Shown here: one piece after another, positions 42,712 through 56,380 of the stretch
Position numbering within the stretch: position 1 is the first letter of the stretch
Layout of the letters: the number at the start of each line of letters is the position of its first letter
NCBI GenBank assembly: GCA_964016885.1
Contig: OZ024741.1
Coordinates: 313,410,001-313,474,000 of the forward strand
Direction: 5' to 3'
From: Eledone cirrhosa
Lineage: Eukaryota
DNA length: 64,000 nt
Program-made: the position numbers and the translations under genes
The notes under the pieces: generated by a model
What the model was told of the DNA's origin: nothing
The model's database searches: none
Seen by the model: only the letters and a program-made list of their open reading frames with translations

Positions 42712-45395
42712 TCTCCATTACATTATTTACTTCAGACCAACTCTTCAGAATACAAAACACAATTCACCCAAGGCAAGATATATAGAGAGAAATAGCGTAT
42801 AATCAAAACAATAACATCAATAATAAAATATATATGATAAATAGGTTGAGAGGTTACAGATGTAACACATAAAAAGTAAAAGATAAGAAGAAGGGTACAG
42901 TAAAAAAAGTAAGGAAATGGAAAAATATAAAGAAATAAGGATAAGTGAGTTCATGTAAGTACAGAATATAATAATGGTGGTGCTGAGTAAGTGTTCGTAT
43001 AAGGATTCTGTGTTGGGTTTAATACTAACATGAAAAGTCATATTCGAAACATACATAGATACGTCTAGAGAATCTTATATAGTGACAGATAAAAGAACAA
43101 ACATAAATTAGAGATTAATTGGGAGATACTAGTATGAGATTTAAGTGCTAAGGGTGGATGGTGAAGGGAGGTTTGACAAATGTTTATTGATTGTCTTGTA
43201 TTAATGGGGTTGATTCTGTTTCAGGTAGAGGGGGTGAAAGAGATGTTAAGATATTTATGATCTAGTGACCATTTGGTCGTTTGGCAGCTAAGAGCGGTGT
43301 GATGGTGTGTATTACATACGTTGAAATTCTGGTGGTTCAGTTCTTATGTTGGGATTGCTGGCTCGAATCACGGTGGTTTAAAATTTGTGAACTTGGTAGC
43401 TATTTTTTGCCTACAGAAAATTGATCTTTCTATTTTGCCTTTAAACAGCATCTTATCGTACCTTAAAATATGGAGTAGTTCCATATTACAAAGTCTGCAG
43501 TGGGACATGCTATTGTTGTTAGCCTTTGCTTCCGATAATTTTGACCAGCTAATACTATATTCCTGGTTTGTGTTTTTAAGCTGCCAGATATTGGCGAGCG
43601 TCGTAGAGTTCTCCAGTCTACGGTTCTTCATGGAGTGTCTGTGGACGTACCACCTTTTTTTAACTCCCAAGCCGTGGAACCTATATAGTGCCAAGTAGAT
43701 TTGACTGAATTTACAGTACACAGGTACACCATACTCGAATCCACGCATCTAATTTGCAGTGTGCACTTATCCGGTAGGTGGCAATGGCAGTTGGAAGCTT
43801 TTCTGTGTGCCGGTTCACATTTGCATTTTGTATGTTGTTGTGGGTGGGTTGACATTTAGGCCTATTGATGTGTTGTTGTGATGCGCCCTGATGTGTTTGT
43901 GGTTGCAATGTTATGTGTTTGCATTTTGTATTTGTTGTGATGATGTATATTGGTAGTTATTTTCTTTAGAGACGTTTTTGTGTTTGATTTTACGTATGTG
44001 TGATTCTATGTTGGCTGCAGTAGAGTAAGATTGTACGATAGTTCTTCTATTTAAGAGTCTATGGTATTTGAGTAGTTTGACAAAGTGTTTTGTCTATTAG
44101 CTAAATAATGTAGAAGGTAGTTTGGTTTTTATAGAGGAGTTGAATATCGGATTGGACCATATGTATTTTCTATCTTTGGACCTTCTATAGTTCTCAGGGG
44201 TCCTTATATTAGTGTTCGGTTCAGTTGTTTTTGGTGCTCGTTGTATAATTATTTGCTTAGTCCTAAGCTTGTTATTGCTATAGGTGCGGATAATGAAGTT
44301 GTCGTTATGTTTGTTGCTGCCGTCCCTATCTGGTATGTATTCCAACCCCTCTTTACATCCTGCCTTATGTAAAGCTATGTTATAATAGTTACCGTGTTCG
44401 TTAAAAATCTCTAGTTTAGAAGATAGGCGGGATATTCTGATAGATATACTATGTGCAATGGAGTTAATTATGGATCGGGGGCGGTTTGAGTTATAACTAA
44501 TGTGGGCTTGATTCTCGTTATTTGTATGGAAGGTTAATCCTTTGATTAGGTTGAGTGTTACATCTAAGAAGTTTGATTTTTTGAATTAATTTCGAAAGTG
44601 ATACCTAGGCCTAAATTGTTGAAGAAGACTCTGATGTTTTTTCGTAATTTTTCCATGTTTTGATTATTTTAGTTTTTGGAGAAAAGGAATCTGTCGTCTC
44701 TATTAATTCCTCCCACGTTGTTATTGAATTCCTTATGTACGTTGTGCGCTATATATATTCCCACAAATTCCGTTACCTGTGCCGAGGCTTTAGATCCCAT
44801 TGTGATATTGAAGCTATTCTGTCTGTTCTTACGTTCCCAGTAACTATTTTCCAATCTAATGATAGTTCTCGTAACAGCCTTATGATTTTAATTTCGTCCA
44901 TGGTAAGGTCCAACTTTTTCTGGGAAAAGGTTAGCGCTTTATCTAGGGTGACTTGGGATATGGATGAGTAGTAGACATTAATACGAACAACACTTACTCA
45001 CCACCACCACTATCATACGCTGTACGTACATGGTCTCACTTATTCTTATTACTTCACATTTTTCCATTTTCTTACTTTTTTACTGTATTTTTTTCTTATC
45101 TTTTACTTTTTACTTTGTACATCTGTAACCTCTCTACATATTATCATATATATTTTATTATTGTTTCATTGTTTTGATTAAACGCTATTTGTCTCTATAT
45201 ATATTGAGTTGAGAGAATTGTATTTGTATCACGGGGAGTGGGTCAGAGGTAAATGGTGTAATGGAGATCGAGTGACGCAACTTCGATCGATTATCGACTT
45301 CTAGACTCACCTGATCAATAAAGCAAGTGTCAATGCCTGAAATAAGGCCCCGTGTTGTACAACCAAACATGTTAACCTTCATCCTTTCACTTTAT
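42712..45395 (-). mobile_element. PLE family 2 (Naiad-like) with inverted 3'/pLTR copy
   Basis: Minus strand ITMGSKASAQVTEFVG, INRDD, MVYLC..HYIGST, CRLCNMEL. Segment ~44985-45250 is an inverted copy of ~42712-42995. Confidence 0.82.
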
Positions 45396-46168
45396 AATCC
45401 CTATATTCCCGTGTAAATCTTGATGCGCTGCATATGTCGACACATCAAATATTGTGGTGTAAGTCAGGTTGAAGCCTATATACACCGGTTGATACGACAC
45501 CCCAGGTATAAGCCATTACAATCTGGCCAGCCGTAGATATGCTTGCCGTTAACAAAATTATTTAACTGAAGTGTTTTATTAGTAAACAATATGCTATCAC
45601 ACCCTAACTTGATAGGCAGAATTTAAAAAAAACTAAATACTCCTTATCCAGTGTGTATCATTGTTACGTGGCGATATGATTTTACTTTCGACCTGTTTTG
45701 TTTCGTGGGAAAATTACCGGAGATTTTCCGATAGTTTAGATAATTCAGTGAATCAGTAAACCATTCATATTATAACTATGATATTCATGATAATATTATA
45801 GATATATATGTGTGTATATATGTAAGTATGTATGCATTTATGTATGTATGTGTGTGTGGATGTGTGTATGTATGCATATATATATAGACAGTATATTATT
45901 GTAGAATATGGTAATATTTGGAAGGATTATATATGATATTTTTTTAATAATATTGTTTGTTACTTTCATAATGTTATTAACATTGCATTTACTTGAACAA
46001 AAAATCCAATATTTGTTTATAAAGGATCGATATAATATTCAATAAATCTCCAAATTTATTTAGCACAATACCACTTTATACTTGAAATTTGATATAAAAT
46101 TGTATCATTGATATATGTATGTAATTAATGATATCTTCAACATTTATCATATATATTGTTGATTTTAG

Positions 46169-46303
46169 AATGCCGAGCAGGAAAGTTTGGTGTTGCTTGT
46201 AATGGGACCTGCCATTGTATCAACAACAAGAACTGTAACAAGAGAAATGGAACATGTTTAGATGGATGTTCTGCAGGTTATGCTGGTGTCAATTGCCAAG
46301 AAG
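46169..46303 (+). CDS. EGF-like exon C3 (135 nt, phase 1-1)
   Basis: ttttag|...GAAG|gtatct; [45 protein letters not shown]. Confidence 0.85.
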
Positions 46304-46416
46304 GTATCTCATATAATTGTTACGTAATTATTATACACACGCACACACACATAAACACACCCACGCACACACAAACACACACATATACATATTTATATAT
46401 ATATACATATATACAT

Positions 46417-46447
<31 letters not shown>

Positions 46448-46966
46448 CATAAATACATTTATATATATATACCGTATATGCCGGTGTAAAAGTTGATCCA
46501 TTGCATATGTCGACCAATCAAGTTTTGTCGTACAAATCAGGTTTAGGCCTATATACGCCAGTTTAGACGACACCCCTGGTATAAGGGCTTACCTTCTCCC
46601 CAGCCGTAGATATATTTGCCGTTGTTTATTTGCATAAAATAGAAAACATTATAATAAACACTAAATAGTTGTAAAATAAAAATGCATGTGAAGAAAATAC
46701 AAGTTGTAAAATTTATGTTTCAGTTACCAAAATTATTTAACTGAACTGTTTTATTAGTAAACAATATCCTGCCACACCGTGACTTGTACGTGGGAACTTT
46801 AAAAACCTAAATATTCCTTATCCAATGTGTATCAGCTTAGATGGCGATATATATTTACTGTCGTCCTGTTTTGTTTCGTGGGGAAATTACAGTAGTTTTT
46901 CGATAATTTAGATAATTCAGTGAATCAGTATACCATTAATATAATAATTATAATATAAATACTAAC

Positions 46967-48122
46967 AGGAATCGCTTGTGAGTTCAATGCAATCTACGTA
47001 CAGGGTTGCTGTAAGTAAAGTGGCAATAGAAATGGAGTTTGTGAGGAATTCCAGATAAAACTAGGTGTACATCAAGGTTCGCTCCTCAGCCCAATCTTGT
47101 TCATTATAGTCCTCAAATCCATAACAAATGAGTTTAAGACTGGCTGCCCATGGAATCATCTTTATGCTGAGGATCTGGTTCTTATACCAGATTCAGTAGA
47201 GAATCTAGCGAATACATTCTGTCTATGGAAACAGCAGTTGGAATCAAGAGGCCTGAGAGTGAACATAGCTAAAACAAAAGTGTTGATAAGTAGAAGAGAG
47301 GCCAATGCTCTGATTCCATCGGGGAATTGGCCATGTTAGGTAGATAGGAAAGGAAGTGACATAAATTCCATAACATCTTCTCAATGCTGATCTTGGAGAC
47401 ACAAGAGATGTAGTGGGATAGCCGGCAAACTAACAGGTAGTGAAAACTACGTATGCAATAGAGGTACAGGGAACGTTGGCAGTAGTACTTGCTGTGATAG
47501 ACTTATTTTTCCAATGCAGGTGGGGTCTATTGGAGAGGTTGTTCGCTTCCGGTACCTAGGTGATGATATAAGCATGGGAGGAGGGTGTTCCGCGTCCATA
47601 GTATCTAGAATAAGGACGGGTTGGAAGAACTTTTGGAGCTACTTCCTCTGTTTACAAAAAAGCGTTTCTCCCTGCATAGAAAATGACGGTTATATGATAC
47701 ATGTGTGAGATGCGAGGATGCTCCATGGTAGTTTAACAATGGACAGCAACTGCTGAAGATCTGCGGCGGCTGGAGAGAAATGAAGCAAGTAGGCACCGTT
47801 GGATGTGCAATTTTAACGTGCATGAACGACAAAACATAGACGTGTTGAGAAGGAAACTGGGTATAAGAGGGATAAGTTGTGGTGTGCAGAAGAGAAGGCT
47901 GAGATGGTATGGACATATGATGTGCATGGAGGATGAGCACTGGGTGAAGAAGTGTCAGGAAGTCCAAGTGTAGGGAAGACGCAGTAGAGGTAGACAACAA
48001 AAAACATGGGCGGAGCTGGTGAAACTCGCTGAGGAGATGACAAAGGACCGTGACAAGTGAGGAGATGCTGTGCTGAATAGGATCCGTCCAACCATTGCAA
48101 GCAGGAAAAAGCGGGCGGAAAA
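46967..48122 (+). mobile_element. RTE family 2 fragment after exon C3
   Basis: Paralog of 17688-18765. Confidence 0.85.
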
Positions 48123-48952
48123 TGATAGTAAATAAAAATGAATGTGAAGAAAATACAATTTGCCAAATATACTTTTCAGTTAACAAAATGAATTAACAGA
48201 ACAGTTTTATTATTAAACAACATGCTACCACACCATCACTTCACACGCGGTAACTTTAAAAACCTAAATATTTCTGAACCAATTTGTATCATTATTACGT
48301 GGCGATATCATTTTACTCTCGACCTGTTTTGTTTCGTGGGAAAATTACCGGAGATTTTCCGATTGTTTAGATAATTCAATGATTCAGTATACTATTCATA
48401 TTATAACTATGATATTCATTATAATATTATAGATATATAAGTCTGTGTATATGTATGTATTTTTTTTTCTTCTGGTTTTATAATTTCACAAAGTTTAACT
48501 AATAGAGAGAGAGTCGGTTTCTAACATAAACACAAGACTCTCTCATTGGAATTAACACAACATCAACTAGGTAGATATATATGCAAACATGCATGTGTAG
48601 ATATGGATGTTATTGTATGTGTGGATGTTTATGTTTTGAGTTGTATGTGTGCATGTGTATATGCTTTGTATCTGTATATGTGTATATGCAGTTATTAGAG
48701 GCAACAGTTTTGGAATGTTTTATGTTTTTACTGTTCCAGTAATGGATTCTACTTGTATTTTCCTAACTAGTTGTGTATGTATGTATGTATGTATGTATGT
48801 ATGTATGTATGTATGTATGTATTTATATATGTATGTGTGTGTGTATGTCTGTATGTATGCATTTATATATATACAGTATATAATAAATATATATTTCGTT
48901 TCTGAATTTCTTTAGCAAGATACTTTATCTGAAAACGTGTGTTGAACCCGAC

Positions 48953-49064
48953 ATTGTTATGCTTTCGGAGGGTGATGTTACAATAAGAAACACACGCAGC
49001 AGTAAATTGGAGTGAGGCAATGGTGCGTGTGTTTCTTATTGGCAACATGGCCCTCCCAAAGCAT

Positions 49065-49070
<6 letters not shown>
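48953..49070. repeat. Small hairpin made of two inverted PLE family 3 termini
   Basis: attgttatgctttcggaggg..aaacacacgca / tgcgtgtgtttctt..ccctcccaaagcataacaat. Confidence 0.8.
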
Positions 49071-49139
<69 letters not shown>

Positions 49140-49344
49140 TGTGTGCGTGTGTGTATGACCGGTTGTATTTACATGTAAGAATGTCACAAACACATATCGT
49201 AGTAACTGGTAGAATATGATAATATTGGGAACGATTATATATCATTTTTTTTATTAAAATACTGTTTTTTTCTTCCATAATGTGTTTAACATTGCATTTA
49301 ACTGAACTAAAAATCCATGTATGTTTTATAGAGAATCGTTATAA

Positions 49345-49977
49345 TCTATATATATAAAACTGAGGATGTCTGTCTGTGTGTGTGTCTGTGAGTTTGAATC
49401 CCTAAAACTGGAGAAGTACCGAACCAATTTTTTTACATGAGTTTTACTTATGCTTCAAGGAATGTTATGTACATAAAATACAACTTTGTTGATCCCCTAG
49501 GACCCGCATTAGGTGAAAAAATGCATTTTATTTCAGATTTTAGGGGTATTTTGAGTCGTTAAGTTTGACCGATTTTCTTGAAATTGTAACTATCTATTAG
49601 TCAGTCTCTTCTTCATATCGGGAGCAAAGAAAATCCAAATTTTATTGCCTAAGGTCCGCATTAGGTGAGCAATTCATTTTTTCAGCTTTTTAGAACTTTT
49701 TTGAGGCGTTACGTCTAACCGAATTCACCGAAACTTCAAGGCATATTATGCACATAAGAACCATTCATTTTGTTGATCCCCTAGGGTCCACATTAGGTGA
49801 AAACCTGTATTTTTCCTGCTTCATGGAGGAAAATCTCAAAGATTATCCAGCAATAAGTGTATTCAAGTCTATTTTGTTTACATATTGGCCGGGCATGCCG
49901 TTTTTCCATGATTAAGTCTGTTGGCGGCCCGCGTTCCAACATACCTTATCCCGTGCAACGCCCGGTACCACTGCTAG
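49345..49977 (+). mobile_element. Non-autonomous Helitron (family 1), copy 4
   Basis: ataa|TCTATATATATAAAA ... ctgCTAG|tattcaataaat. Confidence 0.85.
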
Positions 49978-50112
49978 TATTCAATAAATATACAGGTTCA
50001 TTTCTTTATCACAAGACCACTTTAATCGTAAAATTTTGTATAAACTGTATCATTGATATCTGGATGTAATTAATGATATATGCAACATTATCACATATAG
50101 TGATATTTTTAG

Positions 50113-50232
50113 AATGTGTTGTTGCTTGTAATTAAACATGCCATTGTATCAACAGCATAAACTGTGCCAAGTGAATTGGAATATGTTCATATTAATGATC
50201 TGCAGGTTATACTGTTGTCAATTGTCAAGAAG
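50113..50232 (+). pseudogene. EGF-like exon A4 (dead, 120 nt)
   Basis: 15-nt deletion, in-frame stops (AAT TAA) and donor AT. Confidence 0.85.
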
Positions 50233-50327
50233 ATATCTCATAAAATTGTTACCTACTTACTACACACACACACAACCACATAACACACACCTCCACACAT
50301 ATACATATATGTATATATTTATATTTA

Positions 50328-50397
<70 letters not shown>

Positions 50398-50402
50398 TAT
50401 AT

Positions 50403-52840
50403 AGTTATACTTGAGGCAGGTCATATTGTTGTAATAACTTTGCCAGAAATAATAACAGAACACACTCACTGTTTGGTTGGTTTTCGCTTTGTATGTTTTA
50501 TATCTCCATAGTTAATTCATTCGGCAATCAGTGTTTATCATTGATTGACCAACGGTCAAAAATACAGATATAAATATATATATATAGTCTAAAAAAGTTC
50601 TTTCGTTGCACATCTGCAACATCATCAGTGGTACTATCATGTATCCCTCTTGTTGTATTACAAGTCTACGCCATTTATATTATATCTGTTTATTTATTTA
50701 ATTTTATTTATTTTTGTCTTCGTCCATGCGCATGCGTTTGCGTGTGTGTATAGTGTTTGGTGTGTGTGCTCGCGTTTGGGGAACTGTGTTTTGGTTATTG
50801 TATTCTATCCTAATTTTTTAGGGTGTCTTTATATGTGTTTCTTGTTATTGTTCTTGTGTATTTATTCATTTATGTATTTATTTATTTATTTATATTTCTC
50901 CTATGTGAGTATTCTTTGTTTGGGTGTTGGTATTCCATTCATTTTGTGTTTAGCTTTGTATTTTTAAACTGTGTTTCGCTTGCACCTTTGATGTGCCTAC
51001 TTGCTGGCTCATTTCTATATATAGATAATATCTTAATTTCTATGTTTTACCGTCATGTTGTTGTCTGGACTATTCGTATTGTACTGAACGTTTATTTTGC
51101 TGTTTTAATTCTCTCCATTTTTGGTCTATACATTCTCCTATGCAACGATCTCTCTCGCCTATGTATGGTGTTGTCATATTTCTGCAAGTAGCCTCTGTAC
51201 ATCTTATGCTATAAACTACATTTCTAATTTTACAGTTTATCTGGGGGTTTACTTTACATATTGCACATTTCTTATTAGTAGAGTAGAGTGAGTTTTCTTA
51301 AAAGGGTATGTTTTATGATGATGGATTTCATGGTAGATCCTGGTTTTTCTAACAGTTTAATCTTTAAGTGGGTCATTCTCTGGGCCTTTCTACATTGGGT
51401 AGCTATTTTCCTCCAGGGGTAGCGTCCACGAGTATGTCACTTTGGTATCTCTGGTTGTGGTACCATGAGGTGGTTTTGCCTATTTTATGTTTAGTCCTAT
51501 CTAAGATATTCCATGATATGCTCCTGCATAATGGGCAAATTCCTTTCATCTCCAGTTCTATGAGGGTCCTATACATCTAAGTGGTTCCTTTGTATGCACT
51601 GATTCTGTCTGTTTGGTTGTAGCCAGAGAAATGCATGCGTTTTATGAAGTGTTGGATGTGTCATTCCATTTCTTTTGGGTCGCACATGCGGGACACGTTC
51701 TTCATCACTCGTACCAAGTCTGCGATCAGAATATTAAACTTAGCACTACTGGACATTGCTGAGTTTTTGAGTAACAGGTATTTGGAGGCCATGGGTTGAG
51801 CGTAGTATGAGTGGGGAATTTGGGCCTTCACGTATATAGTGTTAATCCAGAGTTCCGTGTCTAATACAGGTAGTCTATTATTACGGTGATTGGAAGGGTA
51901 TTCAATAGTTACAGTTATACTCTGGTGTATGGAGTTAGCTATCTGCTGGATTCTTTATTCTAATTTATATTCGTTAGTACTCTCTTGTGGCGGTGTCCTT
52001 ATTACTATATTAATATTGTCTACGTAACGAAAGTACATGGAGCTCTTTCAAGGAAGTCTTGAGTCTCGTTTCCCAGCAAACCATTTTGGGTGTAGCTCTT
52101 TACGTTGAATAGGGTAGTTTTAATACTAGGCCCATTGCATGCGCGACAACTTTTCTTACCTGATCATTGTTTTGGGGTGTTGGTATGGCTTTAGTCCACC
52201 AAATTCACCCTCCCATGGGAGTCTTTGTTGCCATTGAGGTTATGGTGGGTGGTCTAGTTCTTATGGGTCTAATAGGGCAGAAAAGGCTAAGAACACGGCT
52301 GTCTAGGTACTTGGTGTCATAGGTAAGTCTAAGTAGGAGGCCCAGTTCATCTGTGTCTACGTCGCAGACCACAATCCCACTCTCACTGATTATCTCCACA
52401 CATGTTTCCACAGCAAAATTAATGTTAATGGATGGTTATAGAGATACAACGTCCATACCGCGTATTATGCAGTTAGATAGGTTTTTGATTTTGTTGCACT
52501 CATTGATTCTGCTGAGGAGCTCTTCTGTGCTGTCACATAAATCTGGGGATATCTTGATTAAGGAGCGTATAACCACTGAGAGGAACTAGGAGATCCTTTA
52601 GTTGAGAGCGATATTGACTCCGCATACAAGTCTTGTTGGTGGTCCTGTCGTCGTGTCGTCGAGTATCTTATGGTCTTTGAAGAGCACATATAAGGGTCGT
52701 ATGTCATTGTTAGACGCGTGGATGTTCATAGCAGTTGGTCTGCTTAGCTTTAGGATGTCGGTCCTCATCGTCATGTGAGCTTTGACGATATCCTCTCACC
52801 CTTCATGTGTTTGTTGTGTAATTTCGCCAGCGATATATTT
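50403..52840 (-). mobile_element. PLE family 3 subfamily fragment after exon A4
   Basis: Paralog of 33592-35960 with the same far breakpoint (gccagcgatatattt). Confidence 0.85.
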
Positions 52841-53116
52841 GAATGTATGTGTATCTGTGTGTGTGAGTGCGTGTGCGTGTGTGTGCGCGCGTGTGTGTGT
52901 GTGTGTGTGTGTTTGTTTATTTCAACGTAAAAATGTCGCAAATACATATCGTAGTAACTGATAAAATATGGTGTAAATTTGAAGGATTATATGTGTTGTT
53001 TCTTATGATATGTTTTGTTTCTTTCATTATGTTATATGTATATATATATATTATATGTATATATATGTATATATGTATGTATGTATATATGTGTGTGTGT
53101 ATGTGTGTATGTATGC

Positions 53117-53155
<39 letters not shown>

Positions 53156-53747
53156 TATATACAGTATATATTATATTTATGTAAAAGGTATACAGAAATA
53201 ACAAGACAATCGGTACAGTATATGGAAGGTATATATTAGGTTAACGTTTGATATAGCACGGATAGGGTCTCAGCATTTTGGACACTAGTCCTTCATTAGA
53301 AGAAAGAATGAGAAATAAAATAGATTGAGGGGACGGTTGGGTTGGAATTGGAAAAAATTGTCCTGAGATAAAAATAACAGGTTCTTTTATGTCGACATCT
53401 CTTGCATTGTGTGTGTGTGTGCGTGTGTGTTTATTTAAATGTAAGAATGTCGCAATTACATATCATAGTAACTGGTAGAATATGGTAAGATTTGGAAGGA
53501 TTATATATGTATTATTTTCTTATAATATTGTTTGTTTCTTTCATAATATTTTTTAACATTGCATTTGACTGAATTAAAAATCCATGTATATTTTTTAGAG
53601 GTTCGATATAATATTCAATATATATATAAGTTCATTTGTTTATCACAAGAAAAATATAATCTGAAACTTTCGTATGAAATTGTATCATTGATATCTGTAA
53701 GTAATTAATCATATCTTCATCATTCTCATATATATTGATAGTTTTAG

Positions 53748-53882
53748 AATGCCCAGTAGGAACGTTTGGTGTTGCTTGTGAAGAGACCTGCCATTGTATC
53801 AACAATATTAACTGTGACAAGCGAAATGGAACATGTTCAGATGGATGTTCTGCAGGTTATATTGGTGTCAATTGCCAAGAAG
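53748..53882 (+). CDS. EGF-like exon B4 (135 nt, phase 1-1)
   Basis: ttttag|...GAAG|gtatat; ECPVGTFGVACEETCHCINNINCDKRNGTCSDGCSAGYIGVNCQE. Not in the ORF track; translated by hand. Confidence 0.85.
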
Positions 53883-54055
53883 GTATATCGTAACATTATT
53901 ACATGCTTACTATGCACACACACACTCACGCACACACATATACACACACATATCTATTCATATATATTTATTTATACATAAAAAATTATATATATACCGT
54001 ATATGCCGGTGTTAAAGTTGATCCACTGAGTATGTCGATGATTACTGTACACAGC

Positions 54056-54086
<31 letters not shown>

Positions 54087-54094
54087 ACACACAC

Positions 54095-54141
<47 letters not shown>

Positions 54142-54515
54142 CACACATATATATATATATGTATATATACATTTATATATATACCGTATATGCCGGTTTA
54201 AATGTTGATTCTCTGCATAGAGCGACCCATCAAATGTTGTGGTGTAATTCAGGTTGAGGCCTATATACGCCGGTTAGACGACACCCCAGGTATAAGCCAT
54301 TACCATATCCCCACCCGTAGATATGCTTGCCGTTGTTTATTTGAACAAAATATAAAATATGGAAATAAACACTAAATAGTTGTAACATAAAAATTCATCT
54401 GAGGAAAGTACAAATTGTAAAATTTATTTTTCATTTAATAAAAAGTTTCAACTGAACTGTTATATTAGTAAAGATCATGCTACCACACCGGCACTTGATA
54501 TGCATTGTTTCATTG

Positions 54516-55665
54516 TTCAGGTGAGTCTAGAGGTCGCCAATCGCTTGAAATTGCGTCACTCGATCTCTGTTATATTATTTTCTACAGACCAACTCCTCAG
54601 AATACAAAAAACAATTCACTCAAGGCAAAATATATAGAGAGAAATAGCGTATAATCAAAACAATAACATCAATAATAAAATATAAACGATAAATAGGTAG
54701 AGAGGTTACATATGTAAAAAATGAAAAGTAAAAGATAAGAAAAAAGGTACAGTAAAAAAATAAGAAAATGGACAAAATATAAAGAAATAAGGATAAGTGA
54801 GATCATGTAAGTACAGAATATGATTTTGGTGGTGGTGAGTAAATGTTCGTATAAGGATTCTGTGTTGGGTTTAGTCCTAACATGAAAAGTCATATTCGAT
54901 ACATACTTAGATACATGTAGAGATTCTGATATAGTGACAGATTAAAGAAAAGCATAAATTAGAGATTAATTGGGAGATACTAGTATATATTTAAGGGCTA
55001 AGCGTGGATGGTGAAGGGATGTTTGACAAATGTGTGTGGTAAATATTTTGCTGATTCTCCTGTCTTAATGGGATTGATACTGTTTCTGGGAGAGAGGTTG
55101 AAAGAGATGTTAAGATATTTATGATCTAGTGACCAGTTGGTCGCTTGGCAGCTAATAGCGGTGTGATGATGTGTATTCCATACGTTGAAATTCTGGCGGC
55201 CCAGTTCTAATTTTGGTATTGTTGGCTCGAATCACGGTGGTTTAAAATTTGTGAACTTGGTAGCTATTTTTTGCCTACAGAAAATTGTTCTTTCTATTTT
55301 GCTGTTAAGCAGCATCTTGTCGTACCTTTAAATATGGAATATCTCCATATTAGAAAGTCTGCAGTGGGAAACTCCATTTTTGTAAGCCCTTGTTTCCGAT
55401 AATTTTTACCGGCTAATCCTATATTCCTGTTTTGTCTTTTTAAGCTGCAAGATTTTATTAGCGAGCGTCGTAGAGTTCTACAGTCTAAGGTTGTTCAGGA
55501 GTGTCTGTGGACGTACCACCTTTTTTTTTAACTCCCCAGTCGTGGGACCTATGTAGTGCCAAGTAGAGTTGCCTGAATTTACTGTACACAGGTACACCAT
55601 ACTCGAATCCACGCATCTATTTTGCAGTGTGCACTTATGTGGTAGGCGGCAACTACAGTTCTTTC
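54516..55665 (-). mobile_element. PLE family 2 3' fragment (GIY-YIG + 3' UTR)
   Basis: [30 protein letters not shown]; paralog of 42712-43800. Confidence 0.8.
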
Positions 55666-55674
55666 TATATATAT

Positions 55675-55899
<225 letters not shown>

Positions 55900-55922
55900 T
55901 ATATATATATATATATAAATAA

Positions 55923-56011
<89 letters not shown>

Positions 56012-56034
56012 TATATATATATATATATAAATAA

Positions 56035-56099
<65 letters not shown>

Positions 56100-56336
56100 T
56101 ATATATATATATGTATATATATATTTCGTTTCTGAATTTGTTTAGCAAGATTCTTTATCTGAAATTGTGTGTTGAAACCGATATTGTTATACTTTGGGAG
56201 AGTCATGTTGCCAATAAGAAACACACGCACCAGATGCTTTCACTTCAATTTATTATAATAAATCTATAATAAATTTATAAATTTATAAATTTCTGGTTGG
56301 TTGGTTGGTTCCACAACCAGATAGTTGTTTATATAT

Positions 56337-56380
56337 AGTCATAGTTCTTTCGTCACACATTTGTGACCTCTTCAGTGACT
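56337..56380 (-). ncRNA. Type I hammerhead ribozyme (PLE family 3)
   Basis: agtca-CTGAAGA-g-gtcaca-aatg-tgtgac-GAAA-gaac-TA-tgact. A degenerate paralog lies at 5884-5925 (-). Confidence 0.78.
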
